Translations under genes and position numbers: made by a program
Notes under the pieces: generated by a model
What the model was told of the DNA's origin: nothing
Seen by the model: only the letters and a program-made list of their open reading frames with translations
Database searches by the model: none
Source: an uncultured delta proteobacterium
GTDB taxonomy: Bacteria; Desulfobacterota; Binatia; Binatales; Binataceae
Direction of reading: 5' to 3'
DNA: 64,000 nt
Assembly: GCA_963808235.1 (NCBI GenBank)
Contig: CAWEEQ010000004.1
Span: forward strand, 1,728,001 to 1,792,000
Part shown: one piece after another, positions 11,308 through 19,963 of the stretch
Layout of the letters: each line of letters begins with the position of its first letter
Position numbering within the stretch: position 1 is the stretch's first letter

Positions 11308-11394
11308 GACTCGTCTCCTCTGCTGAATGCCGCGGCCTGTCATCCGCGAGTTATCTTCCCGATTCATCGGTAGTCTTCGCTTACTCGATGTTAG

Positions 11395-11421
11395 GACGGA
11401 GCTCGGGCCGGGTTCGTTTAC
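11395..11421 (-). promoter_or_regulatory. Putative ECF promoter GTAAAC-N17-CGTC
   Basis: Reverse strand GTAAACGAACCCGGCCCGAGCTCCGTC; the -35 half is duplicated 22 bp upstream. Confidence 0.7.
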
Positions 11422-11587
11422 TTCGCGAAGCAGGTTCGTTTACTTAGTTCAGGTGGATGAGTGAGAGCGGTCTTCTGGGGAGGAATGTTTTCCTTGCTTC
11501 GCTCGGATGACACAGGGTGTCCGCGACAATTCGCGCTCGTTGCTCGAAGAAGCAGGGATTGGTAGGGAGCTAGCTGCAGAAATGCGA

Positions 11588-11617
11588 CGGCGCCGAGCGA
11601 GGTGTCGCTCGGCGCCG
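11588..11617 (-). terminator. Hairpin downstream of His-Pro repeat gene 2
   Basis: CGGCGCCGAGCGA-N4-TCGCTCGGCGCCG. Confidence 0.6.
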
Positions 11618-11648
11618 CTCTGATCGCCGACGTGCGCGGTCCTATACT

Positions 11649-12158
11649 TTAGTGATGCTGTTGGTAGGTCTTTTCGGCCGACATGTATTTGTTGGGATGC
11701 TCCTTCCAATCGCGCCGCGCGGTCGGATGACTCTGAAGGTAGTCATGCAGTCCCGGATGACTCGCCACGAATTCGGGATTATCGACCAGTCCCGGATTCC
11801 TCTCGAGCTTCGCTGCGACATCAGGATGATTGTCCAGGTAGCGATCGCTAGTCGCTAGCGGATGGGACCCGCCGTGGCCAAAGTACCCCTGCTCGTGAGC
11901 CATGAAGCGGTCGGGATGCTCCTTGATCTCGCGGCGGACTTCCGGATGTGACTGGAAGTACTCGTGGAGACCCGGATGATTCGCGATGAAATTCGGGTTG
12001 TCCACCAAGCCCGGATCTTTCTGCAGGCGTTGCGCGACTTCGGGATGGCTGTCCAGGTATCCCCAGTCGAAATTACTGACCGGGTTTTGGGCGAATGCCG
12101 CCGTGCTCATGGCGCTCGCCAAAATCAGGGCTCCGAAACCTATTGCGTACCTTTTCAT
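11649..12158 (-). CDS. Secreted His-Pro repeat protein 2 (two modules), paralogue of 10546-11307
   Basis: Signal peptide MKRYAIGFGALILASAMSTAAFA-Q and the same HPEV/HPGL module. Confidence 0.85.
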   Translation of the reverse strand: MKRYAIGFGALILASAMSTAAFAQNPVSNFDWGYLDSHPEVAQRLQKDPGLVDNPNFIANHPGLHEYFQSHPEVRREIKEHPDRFMAHEQGYFGHGGSHPLATSDRYLDNHPDVAAKLERNPGLVDNPEFVASHPGLHDYLQSHPTARRDWKEHPNKYMSAEKTYQQHH

Positions 12159-12251
12159 CACCTGTCTCCTTTGCTGCCTCGGCGTCGCCGCCGATCTGTT
12201 TCCCGATCTCACTTTTCACGTCTTCGGGATTGCCCTCGCTGTCGATACTTA

Positions 12252-12277
12252 GACGCAGCGCGGGCGGGTTCGTTTCA
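12252..12277 (-). promoter_or_regulatory. Putative ECF promoter TGAAAC-N16-CGTC
   Basis: Reverse strand TGAAACGAACCCGCCCGCGCTGCGTC; fits the AAC/CGT ECF promoter pattern. Confidence 0.7.
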
Positions 12278-12316
12278 CCCACTTTTCGTAAAAAAGAGTT
12301 TATTTCATGGAGGCAA

Positions 12317-12343
12317 GTAAACGAAGACCCCCCGGTTTTCGTC
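12317..12343 (+). promoter_or_regulatory. Putative autoregulatory ECF promoter GTAAAC-N17-CGTC
   Basis: GTAAACGAAGACCCCCCGGTTTTCGTC upstream of the sigma gene. Confidence 0.72.
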
Positions 12344-12462
12344 AAATAGGTAGGGAAAATGTAACATCGGTCCCCAGGCTGATACGAAATTGCCGGCCGC
12401 GGACCGAAGATTCAGTCTGGTCCGTAGCCGCCACAAAGGCTTAAAGCGGCAGACTGACCCAG

Positions 12463-13029
12463 GTGGAGCCTTCCGATGAGGAGTTGTGCAGGAGAATCGC
12501 CGAGCGCGATGCACAAGCATTCGAGCTCATGGTGGACCGCCACCAGGCGCGCGCGTACCGGCTCGCATCGTCGATCCTTGGCAACGAGGCCGACGCGCGC
12601 GATGTCTCCCAGGACGCGTTCATCCGGCTTTACGAATCGGCGGGCAGTTTCGACGGCCGTTCGCGCTTTTCGACCTGGTTCTACCGGATCCTGGTCAATT
12701 TGTGCATCGATAATCAACGGCGTAATCGATGGTGGCGGCGGCTGGTACCGCTGGCGAGTTCCGGCGATGATCCCACGGAGCCGAGCTTCGATCCGCCGTC
12801 GGGTGAAGCTGGCCCAGAGGGGTCGGCGATGCTGAGCGAATCGATAAGCCGGCTTCGGCCGGCACTCAAAAGACTCTCACCGCAGCAGCGAGCCGCGGTG
12901 CTGTTACAGACGCAGGAAGGTTTCACGAGCCGCGAAATCGCGGCGGTGCTGAAGTGCTCGGAAAACACGGCGCGCGTGCATGTGCATCGCGCGATCGCGC
13001 AGCTAAGAAAGCTGCTGCAAAACGACTGA
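12463..13029 (+). CDS. ECF sigma-70 factor
   Basis: Region 2 (DARDVSQDAF..FSTWFYRILVNLCID) and region 4 (LSPQQRAAVLL...EIAAVL...TARVHVHRA). Confidence 0.95.
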   Translation: MEPSDEELCRRIAERDAQAFELMVDRHQARAYRLASSILGNEADARDVSQDAFIRLYESAGSFDGRSRFSTWFYRILVNLCIDNQRRNRWWRRLVPLASSGDDPTEPSFDPPSGEAGPEGSAMLSESISRLRPALKRLSPQQRAAVLLQTQEGFTSREIAAVLKCSENTARVHVHRAIAQLRKLLQND

Positions 13030-13052
13030 ACTGAAGCGACCAGTTATCGAAA

Positions 13053-13616
13053 ATGGCTGCCACCGATCATCCCGACTTCGACCTGGTGCCGTATATCCGC
13101 GGCGAGTTGAGCGCGGACGAACGTGTGCAGGTCGAGCGCCATCTCGAACACTGCGCGGATTGCCGCGAGTCGGCGGCGGCGTCGGCGGCGATTCTCGCGC
13201 AGGTGTCGCGCGCGATCGATGAAGTCCACTCGCCCGATTGGAGCGAGTATCGCGCCGAGTTGCATCGCAAGCTTGCCGATAGGCAATCCGGTGGCCCGGC
13301 GGCTCAGCGATGGTGGCCATCTCAACTTCGCGTGCCGTCAATCAAATGGCCGGCGATGGCGCTGGCGGGTGCGGTAACGGCGATACTCGCGGTTGCAATC
13401 GTGACGCATCGCGGCACCGGTCTGGAAGCGCCGGGAGTCGAAGAGCTCGCGATGGATCAGGAGATGAGCGGTGCGGACATGAATGACGCCGATGTTGGCT
13501 TGCTGGCCAACTATCGCGTCGTCGAGCATCTTGACCTGCTCGAGAACTATGAGCTGATCGAGCATCTGGACGAGCTCGGGCCCGGGGATCGCCAGAACCA
13601 TGAAACTTCATCGTAA
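13053..13616 (+). CDS. Zinc-finger (zf-HC2) transmembrane anti-sigma factor
   Basis: HLEHCADC (HxxxCxxC), one TM segment, acidic C-terminal LDLLENYELIEHLD; follows the sigma gene. Confidence 0.88.
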   Translation: MAATDHPDFDLVPYIRGELSADERVQVERHLEHCADCRESAAASAAILAQVSRAIDEVHSPDWSEYRAELHRKLADRQSGGPAAQRWWPSQLRVPSIKWPAMALAGAVTAILAVAIVTHRGTGLEAPGVEELAMDQEMSGADMNDADVGLLANYRVVEHLDLLENYELIEHLDELGPGDRQNHETSS

Positions 13617-13962
13617 AGTGGTTGCGATCATGATTCTGACGACCACCCTGATCATCGTCGAAACCCATCAAGCGTCGGCGCAAGACGCTCCGCCCGATCT
13701 TAACATGTTGATGAACCTAGACTTGTTCGCATCACGCTCGAAGGCGCGCAACGATGCGCCCGGCACAGGAACGCCGGGAATAGCGGATGCTGCCGCGCCT
13801 GGGGCGGACGATTCGATGTTCGCGCAGATACGCGCGCTGAGCGCGATGGGCTATCTCGGCGACAACGCCGATTCGGCAAGAGCCGCGGCGCCTGGGAACG
13901 CGAACGGCGATGTCGCGCCGTCGAGCCTGCCGACCAAGGGCGTCGAGGATCAGCAGCGATGA
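13600..13962 (+). CDS. Exported hypothetical protein
   Basis: Signal peptide ending ASA-Q; overlaps both neighbours. Confidence 0.7.
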   Translation: MKLHRKVVAIMILTTTLIIVETHQASAQDAPPDLNMLMNLDLFASRSKARNDAPGTGTPGIADAAAPGADDSMFAQIRALSAMGYLGDNADSARAAAPGNANGDVAPSSLPTKGVEDQQR

Positions 13963-14546
13963 CAGCTCGAATCCGAAGAGTCAGTGTATTCATGCTCGCG
14001 ATGTTACTATTCGCCGGCTTCCCACTGACGAATGCCGCGCGTGCGCAAATGACTCCAGATGTGGAGCCGTCGACGGACGCGGAACGCGCGCTGGTCGCGC
14101 AGCATCCGAAAGAATGGGCACGACTCGGTCCCGAACAGCGCCGCCGGGTGCTCGAGAATTATCAGCGGTGGCAGCAGATGCGGCCCGAAGAGCGTCAAGC
14201 GGCGCAGCGGAACTTCCAGGAATTTCGCAATCTCCCGCCCGAAGAACGCCGGCGCGTGATGGAAGGGCTGCACAGGTGGCGCGCGCTTCCCCAGGCGCGC
14301 CGCGACGAATTGCAGCAGGATTACGCGCGTTACCGGCGCCTGCCTCCCGACGAGCGCGACAAGGTGATGCAGCGATACCGCCAATTCGAGCAGCTTCCTC
14401 CCGCGCAGCGAGAGCGGGTGCTCGCGAACTATCGTCGCTGGCAACAGATGACGCCGCAGCAGCGGATCGAGGCTCGGCGCCGATTCGGCCAGCGGCGGCG
14501 TCCCTATCAAGCGCCTCGCGCACAGCCTCACGAACAGACCGAATAG
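13959..14546 (+). CDS. DUF3106-like exported helical repeat protein
   Basis: Signal peptide then ~18-aa repeats W..L.PEQR.R...NY.RW; this family often accompanies ECF/anti-sigma pairs. Confidence 0.75.
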   Translation: MTARIRRVSVFMLAMLLFAGFPLTNAARAQMTPDVEPSTDAERALVAQHPKEWARLGPEQRRRVLENYQRWQQMRPEERQAAQRNFQEFRNLPPEERRRVMEGLHRWRALPQARRDELQQDYARYRRLPPDERDKVMQRYRQFEQLPPAQRERVLANYRRWQQMTPQQRIEARRRFGQRRRPYQAPRAQPHEQTE

Positions 14547-14623
14547 ACCAATCGCATCTGTCTCATAAGACGCGACTGCGCGCGCGAGATCGCACCGCTC
14601 TCGCCGAATTATTCCGATCGCTT

Positions 14624-14650
14624 GTAAACGAGCTTGAGCCCGGGCGCGTC
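14624..14650 (+). promoter_or_regulatory. Putative ECF promoter GTAAAC-N17-CGTC
   Basis: GTAAACGAGCTTGAGCCCGGGCGCGTC, ~75 bp before the ATG at 14724. Confidence 0.7.
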
Positions 14651-14723
14651 CTACACTCCGATCGCACATTTATTCAACTCGATTGCGCGGGCAATCGACC
14701 TGGAGTCGAGGAGGAAGACTTTT

Positions 14724-15896
14724 ATGTTTGGAACATCACGATTGAAATGGCCTGCCGCATTGATGGCCGCGCCTGTCGCGCTACTGCTCGCATCGGGAGT
14801 GGCGCGCGCGCAAACGTTCAGCGCCGCACTTGTTCAATGCAGGGCGGTTGCAAAGCCGGCGACAATTGCGGGCTGTGCCGGAGTCAATGATCCACTCAAG
14901 CGAGGCATCGCTACGATCAACGACATGGGTGACGTTACCGTCGCAGTCGATGGTGCCGCGACCAACACCACCTACGCCGTCGCATTCGTTTCCGGCGATG
15001 GCACTCAATCCACTTCGCTCGGCAACCTGATGACCGGCCCCAAGGGCGACGGCGCGATCAGGCACGACGCATTCTTCAAATTCGGAACCGTGGGCGCGGG
15101 CAACGTGGTGCTTAGCACCGCCGCCGGCGAGGAGTTCGTGACCGGGATAACAATCTCCTCCGACGGGCTCGAATCGAGTCCCGACTTCCAGCCCGGCCTG
15201 GTCCGCTGCGCGGACGTGACCGTGCCCGGGATTCTTTCATCGTGCGGAAACGATCCTTTGACCAGCGGCCGTGTCAACGTCGAAAACGACGACGGCGCGC
15301 TCTTGATCCGTGTCAATGGCGCCCGGCCCAGTACCAGTTACACGGCCATCCTGCGCTCGACGGGAGGCACCACGATCGCTCTTGGAACGGTGGGCCCGAC
15401 CAACAGCCATGGCTATGCCACCCTGACCGTACCGACTGAATTTGCCGCGAGCACGATCGCGTCCGGATCTATCGTGCTCCAGAACGGTACCACCGACGAG
15501 TTCCTGTCCGGATTCAAGGTGGATCAGAAGTTCGTGCGGCCGAAGGTCGCAGTCTCGAACCTGGTGCGATGCGCCGACGTGACCGATCCGACGGGCCTCG
15601 TATGCGGGAGCGATCCACTTGATAGCGGCGCCTACGAGGTGAACAGGACCGGCCAAATCGGCGTGTTCGTGACCGGTGCGGAACCGAGCACGAACTACGA
15701 AGTGTTCTTCCGCCCGCTCGACAATTCCGGTGACGTGGATACCGGCCTTGCACTGCCGACCAACACCGATGGCAACGCCGTGGCGGGTCCGCATGGGTTC
15801 TTCCCCGCAGATACGGTTGCCTCGGGAACCCTGGTCGTGAAGCGGCAGGGAGTTGGGCAACCCGATGAGTTCGTAGCTGGCTTTACAATCCGCTAA
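14724..15896 (+). CDS. Secreted protein with three Cys-containing beta-rich repeats
   Basis: GAGGAGG RBS, signal peptide ending ARA-Q, three repeats of LV(Q/R)C...C..DPL..G...V.GA...T.Y. Confidence 0.85.
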   Translation: MFGTSRLKWPAALMAAPVALLLASGVARAQTFSAALVQCRAVAKPATIAGCAGVNDPLKRGIATINDMGDVTVAVDGAATNTTYAVAFVSGDGTQSTSLGNLMTGPKGDGAIRHDAFFKFGTVGAGNVVLSTAAGEEFVTGITISSDGLESSPDFQPGLVRCADVTVPGILSSCGNDPLTSGRVNVENDDGALLIRVNGARPSTSYTAILRSTGGTTIALGTVGPTNSHGYATLTVPTEFAASTIASGSIVLQNGTTDEFLSGFKVDQKFVRPKVAVSNLVRCADVTDPTGLVCGSDPLDSGAYEVNRTGQIGVFVTGAEPSTNYEVFFRPLDNSGDVDTGLALPTNTDGNAVAGPHGFFPADTVASGTLVVKRQGVGQPDEFVAGFTIR

Positions 15897-15919
15897 AGCG
15901 TGCCTTGCACGGATCTATC

Positions 15920-15951
15920 GGCGGGCGGCTCGTTGAATCGGGCCGCCCGCC
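15920..15951. terminator. Hairpin between convergent genes
   Basis: ggcgggcggctcg...cgggccgcccgcc stem. Confidence 0.55.
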
Positions 15952-15976
15952 TCGTTGCCTAAGAATAGTTGACGGT

Positions 15977-16822
15977 TCAGCCGTCGGAGTCGTCGTCGGA
16001 ATCGGGGTGGCGATCGTCGAGAGGTCCAAAGGCGACACCGCGCTTCGATGCGCGGATGAAATCTACCATCTCGACAACTTCGGGACAGGCGAGCGCGTCG
16101 GCCGACTTCGCGAAGCGCTCGATGGCGAGCTTCAAATTCTGCCGCGCGCCGAACAGCGCCGTGAACGCATGGCGGAGCGCGTGAATTGACTTCGACGGAA
16201 CGCCCGCGCGCTTCAATCCGATCACATTGATCCCGCGCAGCGTGTGCGTGCCGTCCATGATGCAGAAAGGCGGCACGTCGCGGCTGGTCCGCGACAGCCC
16301 GCGCATCATCGCGAGCCGCCCGATTCGGGTGTACTGATGAACGACGCAGTTGCCCGAGACCAGGACCCGGTCGCCGACTTCGACCCATCCCGCGAGCAGC
16401 GCGCCGCCGGCGATGATCGTCGAGTTGCCGATCCGGCAGTCATGGGCGACGTGAGAATTCTGCATCATGAAGTTGTCGTCACCCATTGTGGTGATGTCGC
16501 CGCGCTCGCTGCCGCGATGCACCGTCGAGTATTCGCGGAACACGTTCCGATTGCCGATTTTTACCCGGCGCGCCACCCCGGTGTAGGTCAGATCCTGCGG
16601 CTCATCGCCGATCACGACGCCCGGGTGAAGAACGTTTTCGGCGCCGAGTTCGGTGATGCCCAGAATTGTGACGTGACCTATCAGGCGAGTGCCCGCGCCG
16701 AGGCTGATTTTCCCATCGAGCAGGCATAACGGGCCCACCTCGACGCCGGGAGCCAGTTCGACTTCGGGACCGACGACCGAGCTCGGATGAATCCGCGGCG
16801 GCGCAGTCGCCGTGCCACTCAA
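15977..16822 (-). CDS. lpxA: Acyl-ACP--UDP-N-acetylglucosamine O-acyltransferase
   Basis: Hexapeptide repeats, IGDEPQDL, REYSTVHRG, HVAHDCRIG, DVPPF, GINVIGLKRAG. Confidence 0.92.
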   Translation of the reverse strand: MSGTATAPPRIHPSSVVGPEVELAPGVEVGPLCLLDGKISLGAGTRLIGHVTILGITELGAENVLHPGVVIGDEPQDLTYTGVARRVKIGNRNVFREYSTVHRGSERGDITTMGDDNFMMQNSHVAHDCRIGNSTIIAGGALLAGWVEVGDRVLVSGNCVVHQYTRIGRLAMMRGLSRTSRDVPPFCIMDGTHTLRGINVIGLKRAGVPSKSIHALRHAFTALFGARQNLKLAIERFAKSADALACPEVVEMVDFIRASKRGVAFGPLDDRHPDSDDDSDG

Positions 16823-17019
16823 TTGAGGAGCCTGCGCTTTTTCAAGACATCGGGATCGTCGTCGGGATGCTGGTGGTCGGCGGGCTCCGGCTCATCGGTC
16901 TCGTAGTCGCCGGAGACCCAGGTGCCGAGATCGATCAACTGGCATCGCTCGGAACAAAAGGGGCGAAAGCGATTCGCCTGCGACATGTCAGCCGGTTTTT
17001 TGCAATTGGGACAGGCCAT
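16819..17019 (-). CDS. yacG: DNA gyrase inhibitor YacG
   Basis: CPNC...RPFCSERCQLIDLGTW. Confidence 0.93.
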   Translation of the reverse strand: MACPNCKKPADMSQANRFRPFCSERCQLIDLGTWVSGDYETDEPEPADHQHPDDDPDVLKKRRLLN

Positions 17020-17152
17020 CGTACTTCGACCCGCAATGCAATCTGCTAGTCCAGCTACGCCGAGAATTGCCAGATGAACGCACGCAGCGCAAATGCGATC
17101 GGCGCGAGGAGTATCGCCGACTCCTCGCGCCGCAGCCGACCACTGCCTTTGC

Positions 17153-17467
17153 TTACGGGTGCGAGCCGCGCATAACGAAGACGCTGCCCTTTGGTCCGAT
17201 GCGTATGCAGTTGACGTCGGTGCGATTAAACTCTGGCGTGCACATCGGCTGATCGACCGCCGGGCACTTGTACAGGTTCGCTTCGAGCTGCTGGCACTTT
17301 GACAGATCGAAGTTCACTGCGATGGGCGCTTCGGTCGGCTGAGCCGCGTTCTGGTCCGAGCATCCGCCGAGCGCGAGCATCCCGAGCGATGCGGCCAGCG
17401 CCGCCGCCGATATGATTCCGCGCCTTCGCGCGCGCGCTTTCGAGACAAGGTCTTTTCCGGTCTGCAT
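17153..17467 (-). CDS. Small Cys-rich lipoprotein
   Basis: GAAGGAG RBS, lipobox LGGC, four further Cys. Confidence 0.7.
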   Translation of the reverse strand: MQTGKDLVSKARARRRGIISAAALAASLGMLALGGCSDQNAAQPTEAPIAVNFDLSKCQQLEANLYKCPAVDQPMCTPEFNRTDVNCIRIGPKGSVFVMRGSHP

Positions 17468-17662
17468 CGAGTTCTCCTTCCGTTCCAGTTGATAGGGTCA
17501 TCCCCGTTCGCAACCCTCAAACCTAGCCGCCTCGGCGTCTGAACTCGCGCCGCTGATACTCTGACGGATTCTAATACACCATAGGCGGGCTGCCCAAAAG
17601 AGGGGCTGAAGGCGGGAATTCCGTACATTGCGCGCGCTTACGTTGCGCGTCAGGCGGGCTGG

Positions 17663-19870
17663 CTACCTGAACGGTACGGCAAACCAGATCACCGCTAACG
17701 GGGGCATCTCGATTGCGATCGAATATGGGAGTCCTTGCCATGGAATCGCGGCTGCTTCCACGCCGCCCATGTTGCCGACGTTAGATCCGCCGTACGCTGA
17801 CGAGTCCGTATTGAGTATCTCGCGATACCATCCGGGACTCGGCACACCGACGCGCAAGCGGCTGCGGGTCACTGGCGAGAAGTTGCAAACGCAAATGACG
17901 CGGCGGCCGCTCGCGGGCGCAATCCGCATGAACGCAATCAGGTTGCTGTCGGCGTCATCCGCTTCGATCCATCTGAAGCCCGCGGGATCGGTGTCGGCCT
18001 CCCACAGTGCCGGCTCGTCGCGATAGATGCGATTCAAGTCGCGCACCAGGAGTTGGATCTCGCGATGGTCGGGATAATCGAGCAGGTTCCAGTCGAGGCT
18101 CGAGTCGTGATCCCACTCTTTCCACTGGCCGATCTCTTCACCCATGAAAATAAGTTTCTTGCCCGAGCGCGCCCACATGTAAGCAAACAGCGCGCGCTGA
18201 TTTGCGAACTGGCGCCATCGGTCGCCGGGCATCTTCGAGAGCAGCGCGCGCTTGCCGTGCACGACCTCGTCATGCGACAGCGGCAGCACGAAGTTTTCAC
18301 TCCACGCGTAGAGGAGGCCGAAAGTGAGATCGCGATGATGAAATTTGCGATAGATCGGATCGAGCGAGAAATACTCCAGCGTGTCGTGCATCCATCCCAT
18401 GTCCCACTTGAAGCCGAATCCCAGCCCGCCCATGAATACCGGTCGGCTGACTCCAGACCACGCGGTGGATTCCTCGGCGATCATCATGATGCCCGGATTC
18501 AGGCGATACACGTCCTGGTTGAGCTTTTTGATAAACGAGATCGCTTCGATATTTTCGCGTCCGCCAAAGACGTTCGGAATCCACTGGCCCTCGCGCCGCG
18601 CGTAGTCGAGATAGATCATCGAGGCGACTGCGTCCACGCGCAGCCCGTCGGCGTGGAACTCGCCCAGCCAGTAGAGCGCGCTGGCAGTCAGGAAATTGCG
18701 CACCTCGGCGCGCCCGTAGTTGAAAATGTAGGTGCCCCACTCAGGATGATCGCCCTGGCGCGGATCCGCGTGCTCGAAGAGCGCGGTTCCGTCAAAACGT
18801 CCAAGGCTGAATTCGTCCTTTGGAAAGTGCGCCGGGACCCAGTCGAGAATCACCCCGATGCCGCGCCGATGCATCTCGTCGATCAGGTAGCGCAAGTCGT
18901 CGGGGCTGCCGTAGCGAGCCGTCGGCGCGAAGTAACCGCTGACCTGGTAACCCCACGAGCCGCTGAACGGATGCTCCATAATCGGCATGAACTCGACGTG
19001 AGTGAATCCCATTCGGGTCACGTAGTCGCCGAGGATCGGCGCCATCTCGCGATACGAGAGCGGCCGATGATTCTCCTCTGGCACGCGGCGCCAGGAGCCA
19101 AGATGAACCTCGTAAATCGAGATGGGAGCTTTGATCCATTCGCGGCGCGCCCGCTCTGCGAGCCAGTCCGCGTCGTGAAACTGGTAGCTTGATTTGTACA
19201 CGACCGCGGCCGTCGCCGGCGGCGCTTCCATCGACTGCGCGAACGGATCGCTCTTCAGCAGAAGCCCGCCGTCGCGGGTGCGTATTTCGTATTTGTATTT
19301 GAATCCCGCGCCGACCCCGGGAATGAACAGCTCCCAGACCCCGGTGCTTCCGAGCGTGCGCATCATGTGGATCCGGCCGTCCCATTGGTTGAAGTCGCCG
19401 ACCACGCTGACTCCGCGCGCGTTGGGCGCCCAGACCGCGAATGACACGCCGGAGATCCCTTCGACCTGGCGCAAGTGCGAGCCCAGCTTGTCGTAAACGC
19501 GATCGTCCTTCTGTTCGCCCCACAGATAAATATCCAGATCGCCCAGCGTCGGCATGAACGAATAAGGATCGTGGATCGTGATCGATGCGCCGTCGGGATA
19601 GTGAATCGTAAGCTGATAGGGGAAGACTTTCGTGCGTCCATCGACCACCCCTTCGAACAGCCCGGCCGGGTCGCTCATCCGCATCGGTCGCGGCGGTTCA
19701 CCCTCGATCAGCAGCTCAATCCGCGAGGCCGCGGGCCGAAACGCACGCACCACAACGCGCTTGCCCTCGGGATGCGCGCCGAGAAGCGAATGAGGATCGT
19801 GATGCTGCAGCGCGAGCAGGCGTTCCAGGTCTCCGCGCGGCGCTGGTGATGAGCGAGTTTCCGCCTTCAT
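17663..19870 (-). CDS. glgB: 1,4-alpha-glucan branching enzyme
   Basis: FAVWAPNA, IYEVHLGSW, WGYQ, DGLRVDAVASM, AEEST, LSHDEVVHGK. Confidence 0.97.
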   Translation of the reverse strand: MKAETRSSPAPRGDLERLLALQHHDPHSLLGAHPEGKRVVVRAFRPAASRIELLIEGEPPRPMRMSDPAGLFEGVVDGRTKVFPYQLTIHYPDGASITIHDPYSFMPTLGDLDIYLWGEQKDDRVYDKLGSHLRQVEGISGVSFAVWAPNARGVSVVGDFNQWDGRIHMMRTLGSTGVWELFIPGVGAGFKYKYEIRTRDGGLLLKSDPFAQSMEAPPATAAVVYKSSYQFHDADWLAERARREWIKAPISIYEVHLGSWRRVPEENHRPLSYREMAPILGDYVTRMGFTHVEFMPIMEHPFSGSWGYQVSGYFAPTARYGSPDDLRYLIDEMHRRGIGVILDWVPAHFPKDEFSLGRFDGTALFEHADPRQGDHPEWGTYIFNYGRAEVRNFLTASALYWLGEFHADGLRVDAVASMIYLDYARREGQWIPNVFGGRENIEAISFIKKLNQDVYRLNPGIMMIAEESTAWSGVSRPVFMGGLGFGFKWDMGWMHDTLEYFSLDPIYRKFHHRDLTFGLLYAWSENFVLPLSHDEVVHGKRALLSKMPGDRWRQFANQRALFAYMWARSGKKLIFMGEEIGQWKEWDHDSSLDWNLLDYPDHREIQLLVRDLNRIYRDEPALWEADTDPAGFRWIEADDADSNLIAFMRIAPASGRRVICVCNFSPVTRSRLRVGVPSPGWYREILNTDSSAYGGSNVGNMGGVEAAAIPWQGLPYSIAIEMPPLAVIWFAVPFR

Positions 19871-19923
19871 TTCCTACTTCAAAGTCTAAACGATAGATTC
19901 AATCCGCGCGAACCGATCCTCTT

Positions 19924-19951
19924 TAGTGGCACGGGCGTCCCTGCCCGTGAT
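19924..19951. repeat. REP-like palindrome, family C
   Basis: tagtggcacgggcgtccctgcccgtgat, identical 28-mer at 30020-30047. Confidence 0.8.
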
Positions 19952-19963
19952 AAATGCGAACAC

